From an uncultured Acidimicrobiia bacterium (GTDB taxonomy: Bacteria > Actinomycetota > Acidimicrobiia > Acidimicrobiales > AC-14), in the NCBI GenBank assembly GCA_963836205.1, contig CAWIIV010000012.1, positions 1-64,000 on the forward strand: 64,000 nucleotides of DNA, written 5' to 3'. Both the position numbers and the translations under genes were made by a program. This document shows, piece by piece, positions 1-8,527 of the stretch (position 1 is the stretch's first letter; each line of letters starts with the position of its first letter). Under the pieces are notes generated by a model. The model had not been told where the DNA came from. It ran no database searches and was given only the letters and a program-made list of their open reading frames with translations.

Positions 1-1
1 C

Positions 2-235
2 ATGGGCATCTTCCCGCTGACCTTCCTCTCGAACGTCTTTGTCGACCCCACGACGCTGCCGGGCCCGCTGGAGGCGTTCGTGAACGTCAACCCAATCTCT
101 ACCCTGGCCACCCAGGCCCGCGGCCTGATGGAGGGAAACGCCGACGGCGGCGACATCGTGATCGTGCTGGCGGTGGCGGCTGCCCTCACCGCGGTCTTCG
201 CCCCCCTCACGACTCGCCTGTACGGCAAGAGCTGA
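2..235 (+). CDS. ABC-2 type transporter permease (DrrB-like), C-terminal part
   Basis: Hydrophobic ORF with FLSNVFV..LP..L..F..VNP motif typical of ABC-2 permeases; truncated by window edge. Confidence 0.75.
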   Translation: MGIFPLTFLSNVFVDPTTLPGPLEAFVNVNPISTLATQARGLMEGNADGGDIVIVLAVAAALTAVFAPLTTRLYGKS

Positions 236-349
236 GTCCTTGTTCTTACCGGGGCGATGGTTGCCGGCGGGCGCGCCGGACATGAGGAGCTCCTGCCCGG
301 CGACCTCTTACCGCGGTGAGCGCCGTCGGGTCGTCGATCCGAGGACGAG

Positions 350-1144
350 TCAGGCGATCTCCGTGACGACCAGGTTGTCGAAGACCAGGCCGGCTGTCGA
401 TGAGCCGACCATGCCGATGCGCGCCGGTGCCAACCCCTCCGGGTCTGTGGCCATACCGACGACCGTGTCGTTGACGGACAAGACGAGCGATGTCGGCACC
501 TGCCCGACACAATCAAGTCGCAGACGGGCGACGAAGCCATCTCCCTGTGGATTCTCGAGGGCGGGTGCCTTCCCGCCGGCCAGGACCCGTTCGACGTACT
601 CCTCCGTGCCGAGAGTGTTCCGATTGACGGTCCAGGTGCCGTCCGGGCTCAGGCTCCCTACGTAGGTGTCGCCTCCCAGCCACTCAGACCGGCAGAAGAC
701 ACCGAACCAGGTGTTCGGGTCGCCGGGCACCGCCTTCACGTCGACGGCCACGCCGATGTCCCGCGTCTGAAGCACCCTCGCTGCCGATGGGGCCTCAGGC
801 GGAAGCGGCACGTAATGATCGGCCCCGTTCTTCGTGGTCATCCGGAACGACTCGTTCTCGACGCCGTCGGAGTCTTCGCTCGTGCGGGCAAAGAAGGTGG
901 AGCCGGCTGCGAAGTCGTCCCGGAACAGGACTGAGTCCGCGCTCGCCTGAGCTCGCTGTCGCGATCCCTCTCGGTCGCGGCGAACGATGATCGTGGCCAG
1001 GTCACCGACGATGACGGCGGCGATGAGCAACCCGACGAGTCGACGCGGCGCCCTCGTCCGGCTCCGCTCGATCGGCCGGGACTCGCCCTCGTCCGGCCCG
1101 ACCAGTTGGCTTCCGTCAACGTCTCGACCACCGTCGGAACCCAC
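350..1144 (-). CDS. Membrane-anchored hypothetical protein with beta-sandwich (lectin/LamG-like) domain
   Basis: Single TM segment, then LFRDDF ... LRLDC ... FDNLVV pattern. Confidence 0.55.
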   Translation of the reverse strand: MGSDGGRDVDGSQLVGPDEGESRPIERSRTRAPRRLVGLLIAAVIVGDLATIIVRRDREGSRQRAQASADSVLFRDDFAAGSTFFARTSEDSDGVENESFRMTTKNGADHYVPLPPEAPSAARVLQTRDIGVAVDVKAVPGDPNTWFGVFCRSEWLGGDTYVGSLSPDGTWTVNRNTLGTEEYVERVLAGGKAPALENPQGDGFVARLRLDCVGQVPTSLVLSVNDTVVGMATDPEGLAPARIGMVGSSTAGLVFDNLVVTEIA

Positions 1145-1285
1145 GACGAGAACATATCAAATGCTTCGAGGGGGGCCGTGATCGATCGGAAGTGGCCGGT
1201 GGAGCGACCGCCGCCACCCGCGCCCCGCTGGTCGAACGGCGGGCAAGCTCTGTTCGGAGCTCGGCCGTCCTACCTTTCTCCTTGC

Positions 1286-1330
1286 GTGCGTCCCGAGGGC
1301 CTCGAACCCTGAACCCGCGGATGACGAGTC
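1286..1330 (-). repeat. Degenerate copy of tRNA-Lys 3' half (att site)
   Basis: gtgcgtcccgagggcctcgaaccctgaacccgcggatgacgagtc matches 6044-6088 at 40/45 nt, same orientation. Confidence 0.85.
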
Positions 1331-1557
1331 GGTCCCGATGTCTAACGAGTGCGTACCAGTGCGCGGTGACCTGCGGCTCTGTCGGCGCCCTGGTGCACCG
1401 CGTACACCCAGCATCCGCCGTGGCCCGAGATGAGCCGGCGATCCGCGGTCGTCAACCGCAACGATCTGGCCGGAGCACAGCCTGCGTGCCCTTGACACCT
1501 CGTGGGCCGGTGGCGTCCCGTTGGGCGGAGAAAACAGCGGATCGGGTGCGGCACGCC

Positions 1558-1577
1558 GTGTTATCGTTAGATATCAC
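1558..1577. promoter_or_regulatory. Inverted repeat, likely antitoxin operator
   Basis: GTGTTATC-gtta-GATATCAC (7/8 match) directly upstream of the antitoxin RBS. Confidence 0.5.
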
Positions 1578-1589
1578 GGAGGTGGAGGC

Positions 1590-1811
1590 ATGCCGGACAT
1601 CCTGATCCGAGACGTCCCAGACGATGTCGTGGCTGCCATCGACGCGAAGGCGCAGCGGGCCGGGCTCTCTCGGACTGAATACCTGCGGCGAACGCTGTCT
1701 CGCGAGCGCAACGAGGGGTCCGGCGGCGTGACCGTCGATGATCTGTCGCGGTTCGCGCAGACCTTCGCCGATCTCGACGATCCGGAGGTCATGAGCCAAG
1801 CGTGGCGGTGA
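1590..1811 (+). CDS. vapB: Ribbon-helix-helix antitoxin (VapB/FitA-like)
   Basis: [36 protein letters not shown] pattern; GGAGG RBS; overlaps PIN gene. Confidence 0.8.
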   Translation: MPDILIRDVPDDVVAAIDAKAQRAGLSRTEYLRRTLSRERNEGSGGVTVDDLSRFAQTFADLDDPEVMSQAWR

Positions 1812-2215
1812 CCGCCTGGTTGATCGACAAGTCCGCCCTGGTCCGCCTCGCGCAGAGCGACGATGCCGCAGAGTGGGCGTCGAGGATCCAGCGTGGCCTG
1901 GTGCGGATCACGACGGTGACGCGCCTGGAGGTCGGGTTCTCCGCCCGCTCGGCCGGCGAGTTGCGGGCAAGCATCGGCAGGCCGCCGCTGGCGTCCATGC
2001 CGGTCGAGTACCTGACGCCCTTGATCGAGGATCGTGCCGTGGCCGTACAGGCTGCCCTGGCCGACCGGGGCCAGCACCGGGCACCCTCAATTCCTGATCT
2101 GCTGAACGCGGCGACCGCCGAGCTGGCCCAGCTCACGGTTCTCCACCTCGACCACGACTTCGAGCTGATCGCCGATCTCACTGGTCAGCCCGTCGAACGC
2201 CTGAGGCTCCCATGA
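1802..2215 (+). CDS. vapC: PIN-domain toxin VapC
   Basis: [28 protein letters not shown] acidic PIN motifs. Confidence 0.9.
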   Translation: MAVTAWLIDKSALVRLAQSDDAAEWASRIQRGLVRITTVTRLEVGFSARSAGELRASIGRPPLASMPVEYLTPLIEDRAVAVQAALADRGQHRAPSIPDLLNAATAELAQLTVLHLDHDFELIADLTGQPVERLRLP

Positions 2216-2321
2216 CAGGCCGAGGGATGTTGACCGCAGACGGTGCATCCCGCGGACGTTTCCCTTCACCACCATGAGAGGTCGCCCTGCCCTGGAGGAG
2301 CCGAAGTCGTAACCTTGCGGC

Positions 2322-4067
2322 GTGGGTCTGGGGACGGTGGTCGAGCTGGAGGAAGCCACCGCGCTGGTGACCTCCGCGCAACAGGCGATGTGGGCGGGCG
2401 ACTTCGACAGGGCCGTCGCCGACTACGCGGCGGCGGTGGCGCTGCGGACCGCGGCCGGCGCCAACCGGGAGGCGGCGATGGCCTGCGCCGAGCTCAGCGT
2501 CCTCTACAGCGCCCGGTTGATCAACAAGGTGGCCGCCCGCCCCTGGCACCTACGGGCCATGCGGCTGGTCGAGAACGAGCCGCCGTGTCTCGAGCAGGGC
2601 TACGTCGCCATCGCCGGCCTCGGGTGCGATGTCGACGATCCCGCCGTGCTGGCCCAGCGGGCCGAGCTCGCCCTCGACCGGGCCCGCCGTTTCGGCGACG
2701 TCACCCTGGAGATGAAGGCCCTGGCCGACGGCGGCCTGGCCCATGTCCGGGCCGGGCGGGTCGCCGAGGGGATGGCCATGGTCGACGAGGCCATGGCCCT
2801 GGCCTGCACCGGAGCCGTCTCCGACCTGTTCGCCATAGGAAAGTCGGTGTGCTCCTTCTACACGGCCTGCCACACCGTCGCCGACTTCGAGCGCGTCGAG
2901 GCCTGGAGCCCGGTGCTGCGCGAGCGCGGCATCATGGCCGATGCCCCTGGGGTTCAGGCCCTGGCCAGCAGCCACTGCGCCAGCGTGCGGGGAACGCTGC
3001 TGTGCGACGTTGGCCGCTGGAGTGAGGCCGACCACCTCCTGCGGCAGGCCTACGGTCAGCTCGAGCGGCTCATGCCCGGAGCCAGCTGGCACCCCCCGAT
3101 CGCCCTCGCCGACCTCCGGATCCGCCAGGGCCGGCTGGCGGAGGCCGAGGCGCTGCTCCTGGGGCGGGACGACCACATGGAGGCCCTCCTGCCCATGTCG
3201 CGCCTGCACCTGGCCCGGGGCGACTTCCACCTGGCCGGGGCCACCGCCCGCCGGGGCGTGCGCCTCATCGGCGACGACCGGGTGCGGGCGGCGCCGCTGC
3301 TCGGCGTCCTGGTCGAGGCCGAGCTGGGCCTGGGCGACCTCGGTCGGGCCGCCGAGGCGGCCTCCGAGATGGATGCCCGGGTCGCAGGGCTCGATGGCGT
3401 ACAGGCGCTGGTGGGGGACGCCGCTCGTCACCGGGCCAAGGTGCAGGCGGTCACGGGAGACGTGGCGGCGGCGATCCAGACGCTCCAGAGCGCCCTCGAC
3501 GCGCTGGGCGGCGTCGACCTGCCCTTGCTGCGCATGTCCATGCACCTCGACCTCGCCCGCCTGCACGAGGCGGCCGGCGACCGGGTGGAGGCGGTTTTCG
3601 AGGCCCGGACCGCATCCGCCCTCCTGGTCCGGCTCGACGTGGTCGTGAGCGCCGAGGACGCCTCGCTGCTCGAGCGCCTGGGCTCGGAAAGCACCACCCG
3701 GCCGGTGACCGCCGCCGGCCGGATCGCCACCATGATCCGCGACGGCGACTGGTGGACGGTCGGCTGCGACGAGACGAGCGTCCGCCTGCGCGACACCAAG
3801 GGCATGCGCTACCTCGCCGAAGTGGTGGCCAGCCCCGGCGTCGAGCGCCACGCCCGGCGGGGCGAGATCCTGGCCCACCACGCCACCGGCGCCTCCAACG
3901 GACCCACCGAGGCGGTGAACCTGATCGTCAAGAAGGTCGTCCGTGTGGCCCACGGATTCCGTAGCTTCAAGAACTACCGGCTCCGGGTGCTTCTCCACTG
4001 CGGCGTGAAATGGCAGACTCCTCCTGCCGCACGAATCAGAGGCCGTGGTTCCCGCTTGGCCGCGTAG
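2322..4067 (+). pseudogene. TPR-rich (MalT/LuxR-associated type) regulator truncated and fused in frame to an ISL3 transposase C-terminus
   Basis: Helical TPR-like repeats up to LRDTKGMRYLAE..PGVERH, then an abrupt switch to SNGPTEAVNLIVKKVVRVAHGFRSFKNYRLR (ISL3 tail). Confidence 0.75.
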
Positions 4068-4071
4068 AGCC
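3851..4071 (+). mobile_element. ISL3-family right-end remnant
   Basis: Transposase C-terminal motif followed by terminal AGAGCC (reverse complement of GGCTCT, the ISL3-type end); left boundary approximate. Confidence 0.75.
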
Positions 4072-4459
4072 CGTTTCACGGGGTCTGGGTCGGCGGTCAG
4101 TGTCAAGGCGAAGCCATTTGGGACGGGCTCGGGTCGAACCCAATCGCTGCGGCGGCCAGCGCACATTCCAGATCGGGCTCGCCGGGGCTCAAGTCGACCT
4201 CAGCCGTCGCCCGGTGCGCCCCTCACGGCCCGACCCATAGATGGGGTGTCCCAGTGCGTCGGTACTCTCCGAGCGCATGTCCCTTTCCCGCCTACTCGAC
4301 GATCGTCATGGTCGGCGACCGTGGGTTGTGCGCTTGGCCCGGCGTCCACGAGTCGCGAATGTCGTCGATCCGAGCGTCCGCCCGCTCGACTTTGTGCACC
4401 GAGAAGCTGCTGAGGAGGCGACTCTCGCTCGGTGGCGGGGACGCTGACAGAATTCGGCG

Positions 4460-4864
4460 ATGCCGGACGCCGCGCCGAGGATCCGCAGCGGGCCCATCCC
4501 GGATGACGCAATTGTCGTCATTCGCGGCGAGGATCCACCCGAGGTGCTCACGGCAGACGCCCGACGGTTTCGCCGGCGCTTCCCTGACTGGAACCGGTTC
4601 GGGGTCTCCGGCTTCCTCGCGCGTGACGCTGCTGAAGTCGACGCGCTCTGCGAGACGCGACTGATCGAGTGGACGAGAGTCCGAACGTTCCGACGCGAGG
4701 CACTCGAGGCGGCCGGGATAGAGGTGGTGCCGACGTTCCGCACGCCGCACGTCACATTGGCGCACGCCGAGCTCGATGAACTCCTCCAACGGCTCTCCGA
4801 CTGCGAGCACAACATTCTCGAGAACCCCTACCATGAAGACGAGTCCAGCCCCCTGGAGACGTGA
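4460..4864 (+). CDS. Hypothetical protein, possible ADP-ribosyltransferase-like fold
   Basis: Good codon usage; VIRG ... GVS ... PHVTL spacing; adjoins next ORF. Confidence 0.55.
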   Translation: MPDAAPRIRSGPIPDDAIVVIRGEDPPEVLTADARRFRRRFPDWNRFGVSGFLARDAAEVDALCETRLIEWTRVRTFRREALEAAGIEVVPTFRTPHVTLAHAELDELLQRLSDCEHNILENPYHEDESSPLET

Positions 4865-5113
4865 ATGGACGCTGTTCCCATCGACCTGCCCCTTGATCTG
4901 GCTTCCGAGGATGACACCGGCCTGCCGTGGGGCTTCCTCGACGAGGCCTTCGATCAATCGCGCATCGTTGAAGGGGCGTGGATCGTGGTTGGATCGACCA
5001 CCGCAAACGCGGTCGCCCAAGTGGCTGACATCGATGGCGAGATCGTTCATGTTCGTCCCCTTCCCGGCCCGGTCAGCCGCCATCGTCAGCTTCTCCGCAC
5101 TGCGGTCGCCTGA
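4865..5113 (+). CDS. Small acidic hypothetical protein
   Basis: ATG immediately after upstream TGA; GGAG RBS. Confidence 0.6.
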   Translation: MDAVPIDLPLDLASEDDTGLPWGFLDEAFDQSRIVEGAWIVVGSTTANAVAQVADIDGEIVHVRPLPGPVSRHRQLLRTAVA

Positions 5114-5163
5114 CCAGCCAGCCACGCCGGCCGTCTCGGGCTGGCCGTCCCCGGCGGGTGCGA

Positions 5164-5925
5164 TCAGCCCACGATGTCGCGAACCCGAGTATCCGCAGTC
5201 GGATTCCGGCTCGTCCACTGCCGGCCTCGCGCCCAGCGGTAGGTGTCGGCCAGGAGCGTGAGGATTTCTTTCAGTTCCTGGGGAGAGGCACCGCGGCTGT
5301 ACGCAGTCCGAAGAAGGACATCGATGTCGGCGGTGTCGAGGAGCGCGGCGAAGTCGCGACCGCAAGCGGATTCGATGACGGTGTCCGCGATCCTTCGGTA
5401 ACTCTCGACCGGAGCGATGGCGCTGCCGTCGTCGAGCCAGGTGAGGTAGCGGTCGAGGAGTTCCCGCACCCGTAGGTCGCCCAGGCGGGTTGGCCCTTGG
5501 GTGGTCTCAGCGAGGTCGGTTAGGGCTATGTCGGCGTCGTCCTCGCTGCCGTTGACCGTGCGGTAGCGACGTCGGGAGCGACCGTCGGGCCCAGTACCCA
5601 GGCTGACAGCCAGCTCCCAGACCCCGGGCTTCACCTCGCGCTTTGATCCGGTACGGCGCTGACGGCGAGGCGGTGTCGCGCTCTGCGGCCGGTCGAGTCG
5701 CAGATGCCCGAGCTGCACGCAGGCTCGCTCCTCCGGGCAGGCGAGCACTCGGGCCCCCGGAGGAAGGGGTCCGTGAGCGAACTCCCAGGCGGCACGCTGC
5801 ACGGTGCGAAGCGAGCCGTCGATGCGAACCAATCCCGTGCCTCGGGCGTCCCGAGCGCCGGACCACACCTCGTGGCTGCCCTGCTGGCGAACCTTCGCCC
5901 GGAACCGCTCTTCGCTCGGTGTCAC
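5164..5925 (-). CDS. Degenerate HNH-like domain fused to tyrosine-integrase N-terminal (arm/core-binding) domains, no catalytic domain
   Basis: RFRAKV..W.GAR..G.G..QRAAWEFAHGPLP..C....CV..HL (phage HNH pattern), then GS.REVKPGVWEL.VSLG..RRRYRTVNG..LRVRELLDRYL..RNP. Confidence 0.65.
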   Translation of the reverse strand: MTPSEERFRAKVRQQGSHEVWSGARDARGTGLVRIDGSLRTVQRAAWEFAHGPLPPGARVLACPEERACVQLGHLRLDRPQSATPPRRQRRTGSKREVKPGVWELAVSLGTGPDGRSRRRYRTVNGSEDDADIALTDLAETTQGPTRLGDLRVRELLDRYLTWLDDGSAIAPVESYRRIADTVIESACGRDFAALLDTADIDVLLRTAYSRGASPQELKEILTLLADTYRWARGRQWTSRNPTADTRVRDIVG

Positions 5926-5932
5926 GCAGCGT

Positions 5933-5981
5933 AGTTTAGCGAGAGTTTAGCGGGCTAGTGGATAAGCGGTGGGATAAGCGG
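5933..5981. repeat. Tandem short direct repeats, putative integrase arm-type sites
   Basis: agtttagcg x2 and ggataagcgg x2 between tRNA-Lys and the integrase remnant. Confidence 0.45.
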
Positions 5982-6044
5982 GCGAAGAGCCGAAAATCAG
6001 ACCATAGGCCGACCCTGCAACGTCCTGACCTGGGACTTTAGGGG

Positions 6045-6117
6045 TGCGCCCCCAGGGACTCGAACCCTGAACCCGCGGATTAAGAGTCCGCTGCTCTGCC
6101 AATTGAGCTAGAGGCGC
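6045..6117 (-). tRNA. tRNA-Lys(CTT)
   Basis: GCGCCTCTAGCTCAATTGGCAGAGCAGCGGACT-CTT-AATCCGCGGGTTCAGGGTTCGAGTCCCTGGGGGCGCA cloverleaf. Confidence 0.97.
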
Positions 6118-6131
6118 CGATCTTGTCTGCG

Positions 6132-6205
6132 GGTGACCGAGGGGACTCGAACCCCCGACTTCCAGGACCACAACCTGGCGCTCTAACCAACTGAGCTACG
6201 GCCAC
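6132..6205 (-). tRNA. tRNA-His(GTG)
   Basis: GTGGCCGTAGCTCAGTTGGTTAGAGCGCCAGGTT-GTG-GTCCTGG...GGTTCGAGTCCC; G-1 present at 6206. Confidence 0.97.
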
Positions 6206-6373
6206 CGGGGTCGAGCCCAGCATGGCACAGGCGCAGGCCCGAGCGGCTCGGGTTCTGGCAGCCAGCCGCCCGATCCCGGACAGGCCGGGCTTGGGGTGGC
6301 GAACAATGTCGCCGGAATCCGCATGGCTGGAATGCCCGGGGCCGGTCGGCCTCGGGCTGTAGCGTGAGGGCAG

Positions 6374-6447
6374 GCCCCTGTAGCTCAGCTGGATAGAGCG
6401 GCTGCCTTCTAAGCAGTAGGTCGTAGGTTCGAGTCCTACCGGGGGCG
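6374..6447 (+). tRNA. tRNA-Arg(TCT)
   Basis: GCCCCTGTAGCTCAGCTGGATAGAGCGGCTGCCT-TCT-AAGCAGTAGGTCGTAGGTTCGAGTCCTACCGGGGGCG. Confidence 0.97.
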
Positions 6448-6507
6448 CCGGCAAAAGCCCAGGTCAGAGCCACGATCTCCCTCCAGCCCGACGACCTGGC
6501 CAAGCCG

Positions 6508-6529
6508 ATCCGCAACAAATCCGCAACAA
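6508..6529 (+). repeat. Tandem 11-mer, putative arm-type site
   Basis: atccgcaacaa x2 between tRNA-Arg and integrase start. Confidence 0.5.
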
Positions 6530-6549
6530 CTGTGCCAAAATCTGCGGCC

Positions 6550-7668
6550 ATGGCGAGCGTGCGCACTACCCCCCAGGGAACTTTCCAGGTGCTCTACCGG
6601 GACCCCGCAGGGCGGCAGCGGTCGAAGACCTTCAAGCGCAAGACGGACGCGAACCGGTTCACCTCCACGGTCGAGGCGGACATTATTCGGGGCGACTGGA
6701 TGGATCCACGTTTAGCGCGCATGACGGTCCGCCAATGGTCCGAGCGCTGGCAGGTCACGATGACCCAGGCCCCCAAGACCCAGGAAACCTACGAGGGCCA
6801 CCTCAGAAACTGGGTCCTGCCCATGCTCGGCGACGTGGCGGTGGCCAACGTCGACAGAGCCATGGTGCGGGGTTTCGTGGCCGAGATCCGCGGCCGCGGC
6901 AGGTCGCAGGGGACCGTGGACGGTTGCGTGAAGGTCCTCAGGCTCGTACTGGGGTTTGCGCTCGACGCTGGGGCTATCAGGACGAACCCGGCCGCTCGCC
7001 TGAACCTGGAGCGCCAGCAACGCCAGGAGATGCATTTTCTGACTGAGCGCGACGTGGTGTTGCTAGCCGCCACGATGCCCGCTCCGAGCTACGAGACGAT
7101 GGTGCTCTTCGCCGCCTGGACTGGGATGCGGGCCGGGGAGATTGAGGCGCTCCGAATCAAGCGGCTCAACCTGGTGACGGGGAAGGCGGACGTTGCAGAG
7201 AACCTGGGCGAGGCGCCCGACGGGTCCCTGCGCATTGGACCGACAAAGACGCATCAGCGCCGCACCGTGCCGCTGGCCCCGTTCCTCGCCGAACGCATGG
7301 AGCCTCTCGTGGCCGGCAGGGGCGCTGAGGACTTCGTTTTTACTGCCCCTGAAGGGGGTCCGGTTCGGCACAACAACTTCTACGGTCGGGCCTTCAAGCC
7401 GGGCCTCACGAAGGCAGGCCTCGATCCCTCCATCCGCTTTCATGACCTTCGCCACACCTGCGCGGCCTGGCTCATCGACTCTGGCGCGCACGTCCGAGCG
7501 ATCATGGAGTGGCTGGGGCACTCGTCGCCCTCGGTCACGCTCGGGACCTACGGCCACCTGTTCCCATCGCTGGCCGCGAAGCTCGTTGATGGGCTGGAAG
7601 CGCGCTGGCGGGCCGTGAATAGCGCTGATCCTGGCCGAGACTCGGACCGCGACTCGCCCCGAGTCTGA
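6550..7668 (+). CDS. Tyrosine recombinase/integrase
   Basis: TGMRAGE, FHDLRHT, LGHSS, TYGHL catalytic R-H-R-H-Y set; adjacent to tRNA. Confidence 0.95.
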   Translation: MASVRTTPQGTFQVLYRDPAGRQRSKTFKRKTDANRFTSTVEADIIRGDWMDPRLARMTVRQWSERWQVTMTQAPKTQETYEGHLRNWVLPMLGDVAVANVDRAMVRGFVAEIRGRGRSQGTVDGCVKVLRLVLGFALDAGAIRTNPAARLNLERQQRQEMHFLTERDVVLLAATMPAPSYETMVLFAAWTGMRAGEIEALRIKRLNLVTGKADVAENLGEAPDGSLRIGPTKTHQRRTVPLAPFLAERMEPLVAGRGAEDFVFTAPEGGPVRHNNFYGRAFKPGLTKAGLDPSIRFHDLRHTCAAWLIDSGAHVRAIMEWLGHSSPSVTLGTYGHLFPSLAAKLVDGLEARWRAVNSADPGRDSDRDSPRV

Positions 7669-7784
7669 CGGACGCCCGTCGCTCCAGTCCGGTTTCGCTC
7701 GCTGGGTAAGTGAGCGCTGCTCAACTGCCACCTGGGCCGTCGATTATCGAGAGGCGGAGCGGCAGTTGCTTGGCGTCGCATCGG

Positions 7785-8363
7785 TCACCAAGACCCTCGT
7801 CGCAACGGCCGCACGTTGTCCGGGGGCTTGCTGCCCGCCTGTCCCCAGCCCGGCAGCAGCGGAGGCAGATCGCGCCCTTGGGTGTCGGCTGGCATCGGGC
7901 CCTCGCCGTTGTCGTCCGCCCACCGGAGACCGCGCTGATCGGGGATGTCGCCCCAGCCGAACACAGCCGCCGGGCGAGGCGGGATCGTGCCGAGGAAGTC
8001 GAGGGGGTCGCGCCGCTTCGGGCCCACCGTGCACAGGTGCGTCCAGTAGTCACCGAGGTCGAACACGTAGGCGAAGCGCTCCCCGGAGGCCAAGGCGACT
8101 GAGTTTGACCCGACGGGCGTGAACGAGCACCCGCCCCTCGTCCCATTCGGGATCCGGCAACCCGAGGCAGGTCCCGTCGGCCAATACGAACTCGTGGAGG
8201 TGATTGAGATCCCACCGGCCGAACGCGTCGTCGATGGCTTCGGCCAACTGCTCGAAAGAATGGGATCTTGCGGCAACGAACGTCCGGCCCGGTCGCGGCC
8301 AGAGGTCCTCCCATGTCCCGCCGCCAACAACTCGACCGTGATCTCGAGCCACGTCCGCGCCAC
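7785..8363 (-). pseudogene. pRiA4b ORF-3-like protein, frameshifted
   Basis: LAEAIDDAFGRWDLNHLHEF in one frame and ERFAYVFDLGDYWTH in another; two compensating shifts. Confidence 0.7.
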
Positions 8364-8527
8364 GCTCGGACGCTACTCAGCCGAAGGGAGCGAAGAGCAC
8401 TTGCCCAGTAGCATCCGGCTGGTCGTCGATCACGCCGCCGTCGCTGTGACGCCGGCCCTACGCCGATGCCCGCGCCGGGACTCTCCCGGCGTTGCCGAAT
8501 CCGATCGGGCACTGCCACCGTGCGCCG

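Larger units (their letters stand above)
1286..6088. mobile_element. Small decayed genomic island integrated at tRNA-Lys(CTT)
   Basis: Bounded by tRNA 3' direct repeats; integrase-N remnant next to the tRNA; TA cargo. Confidence 0.75.
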
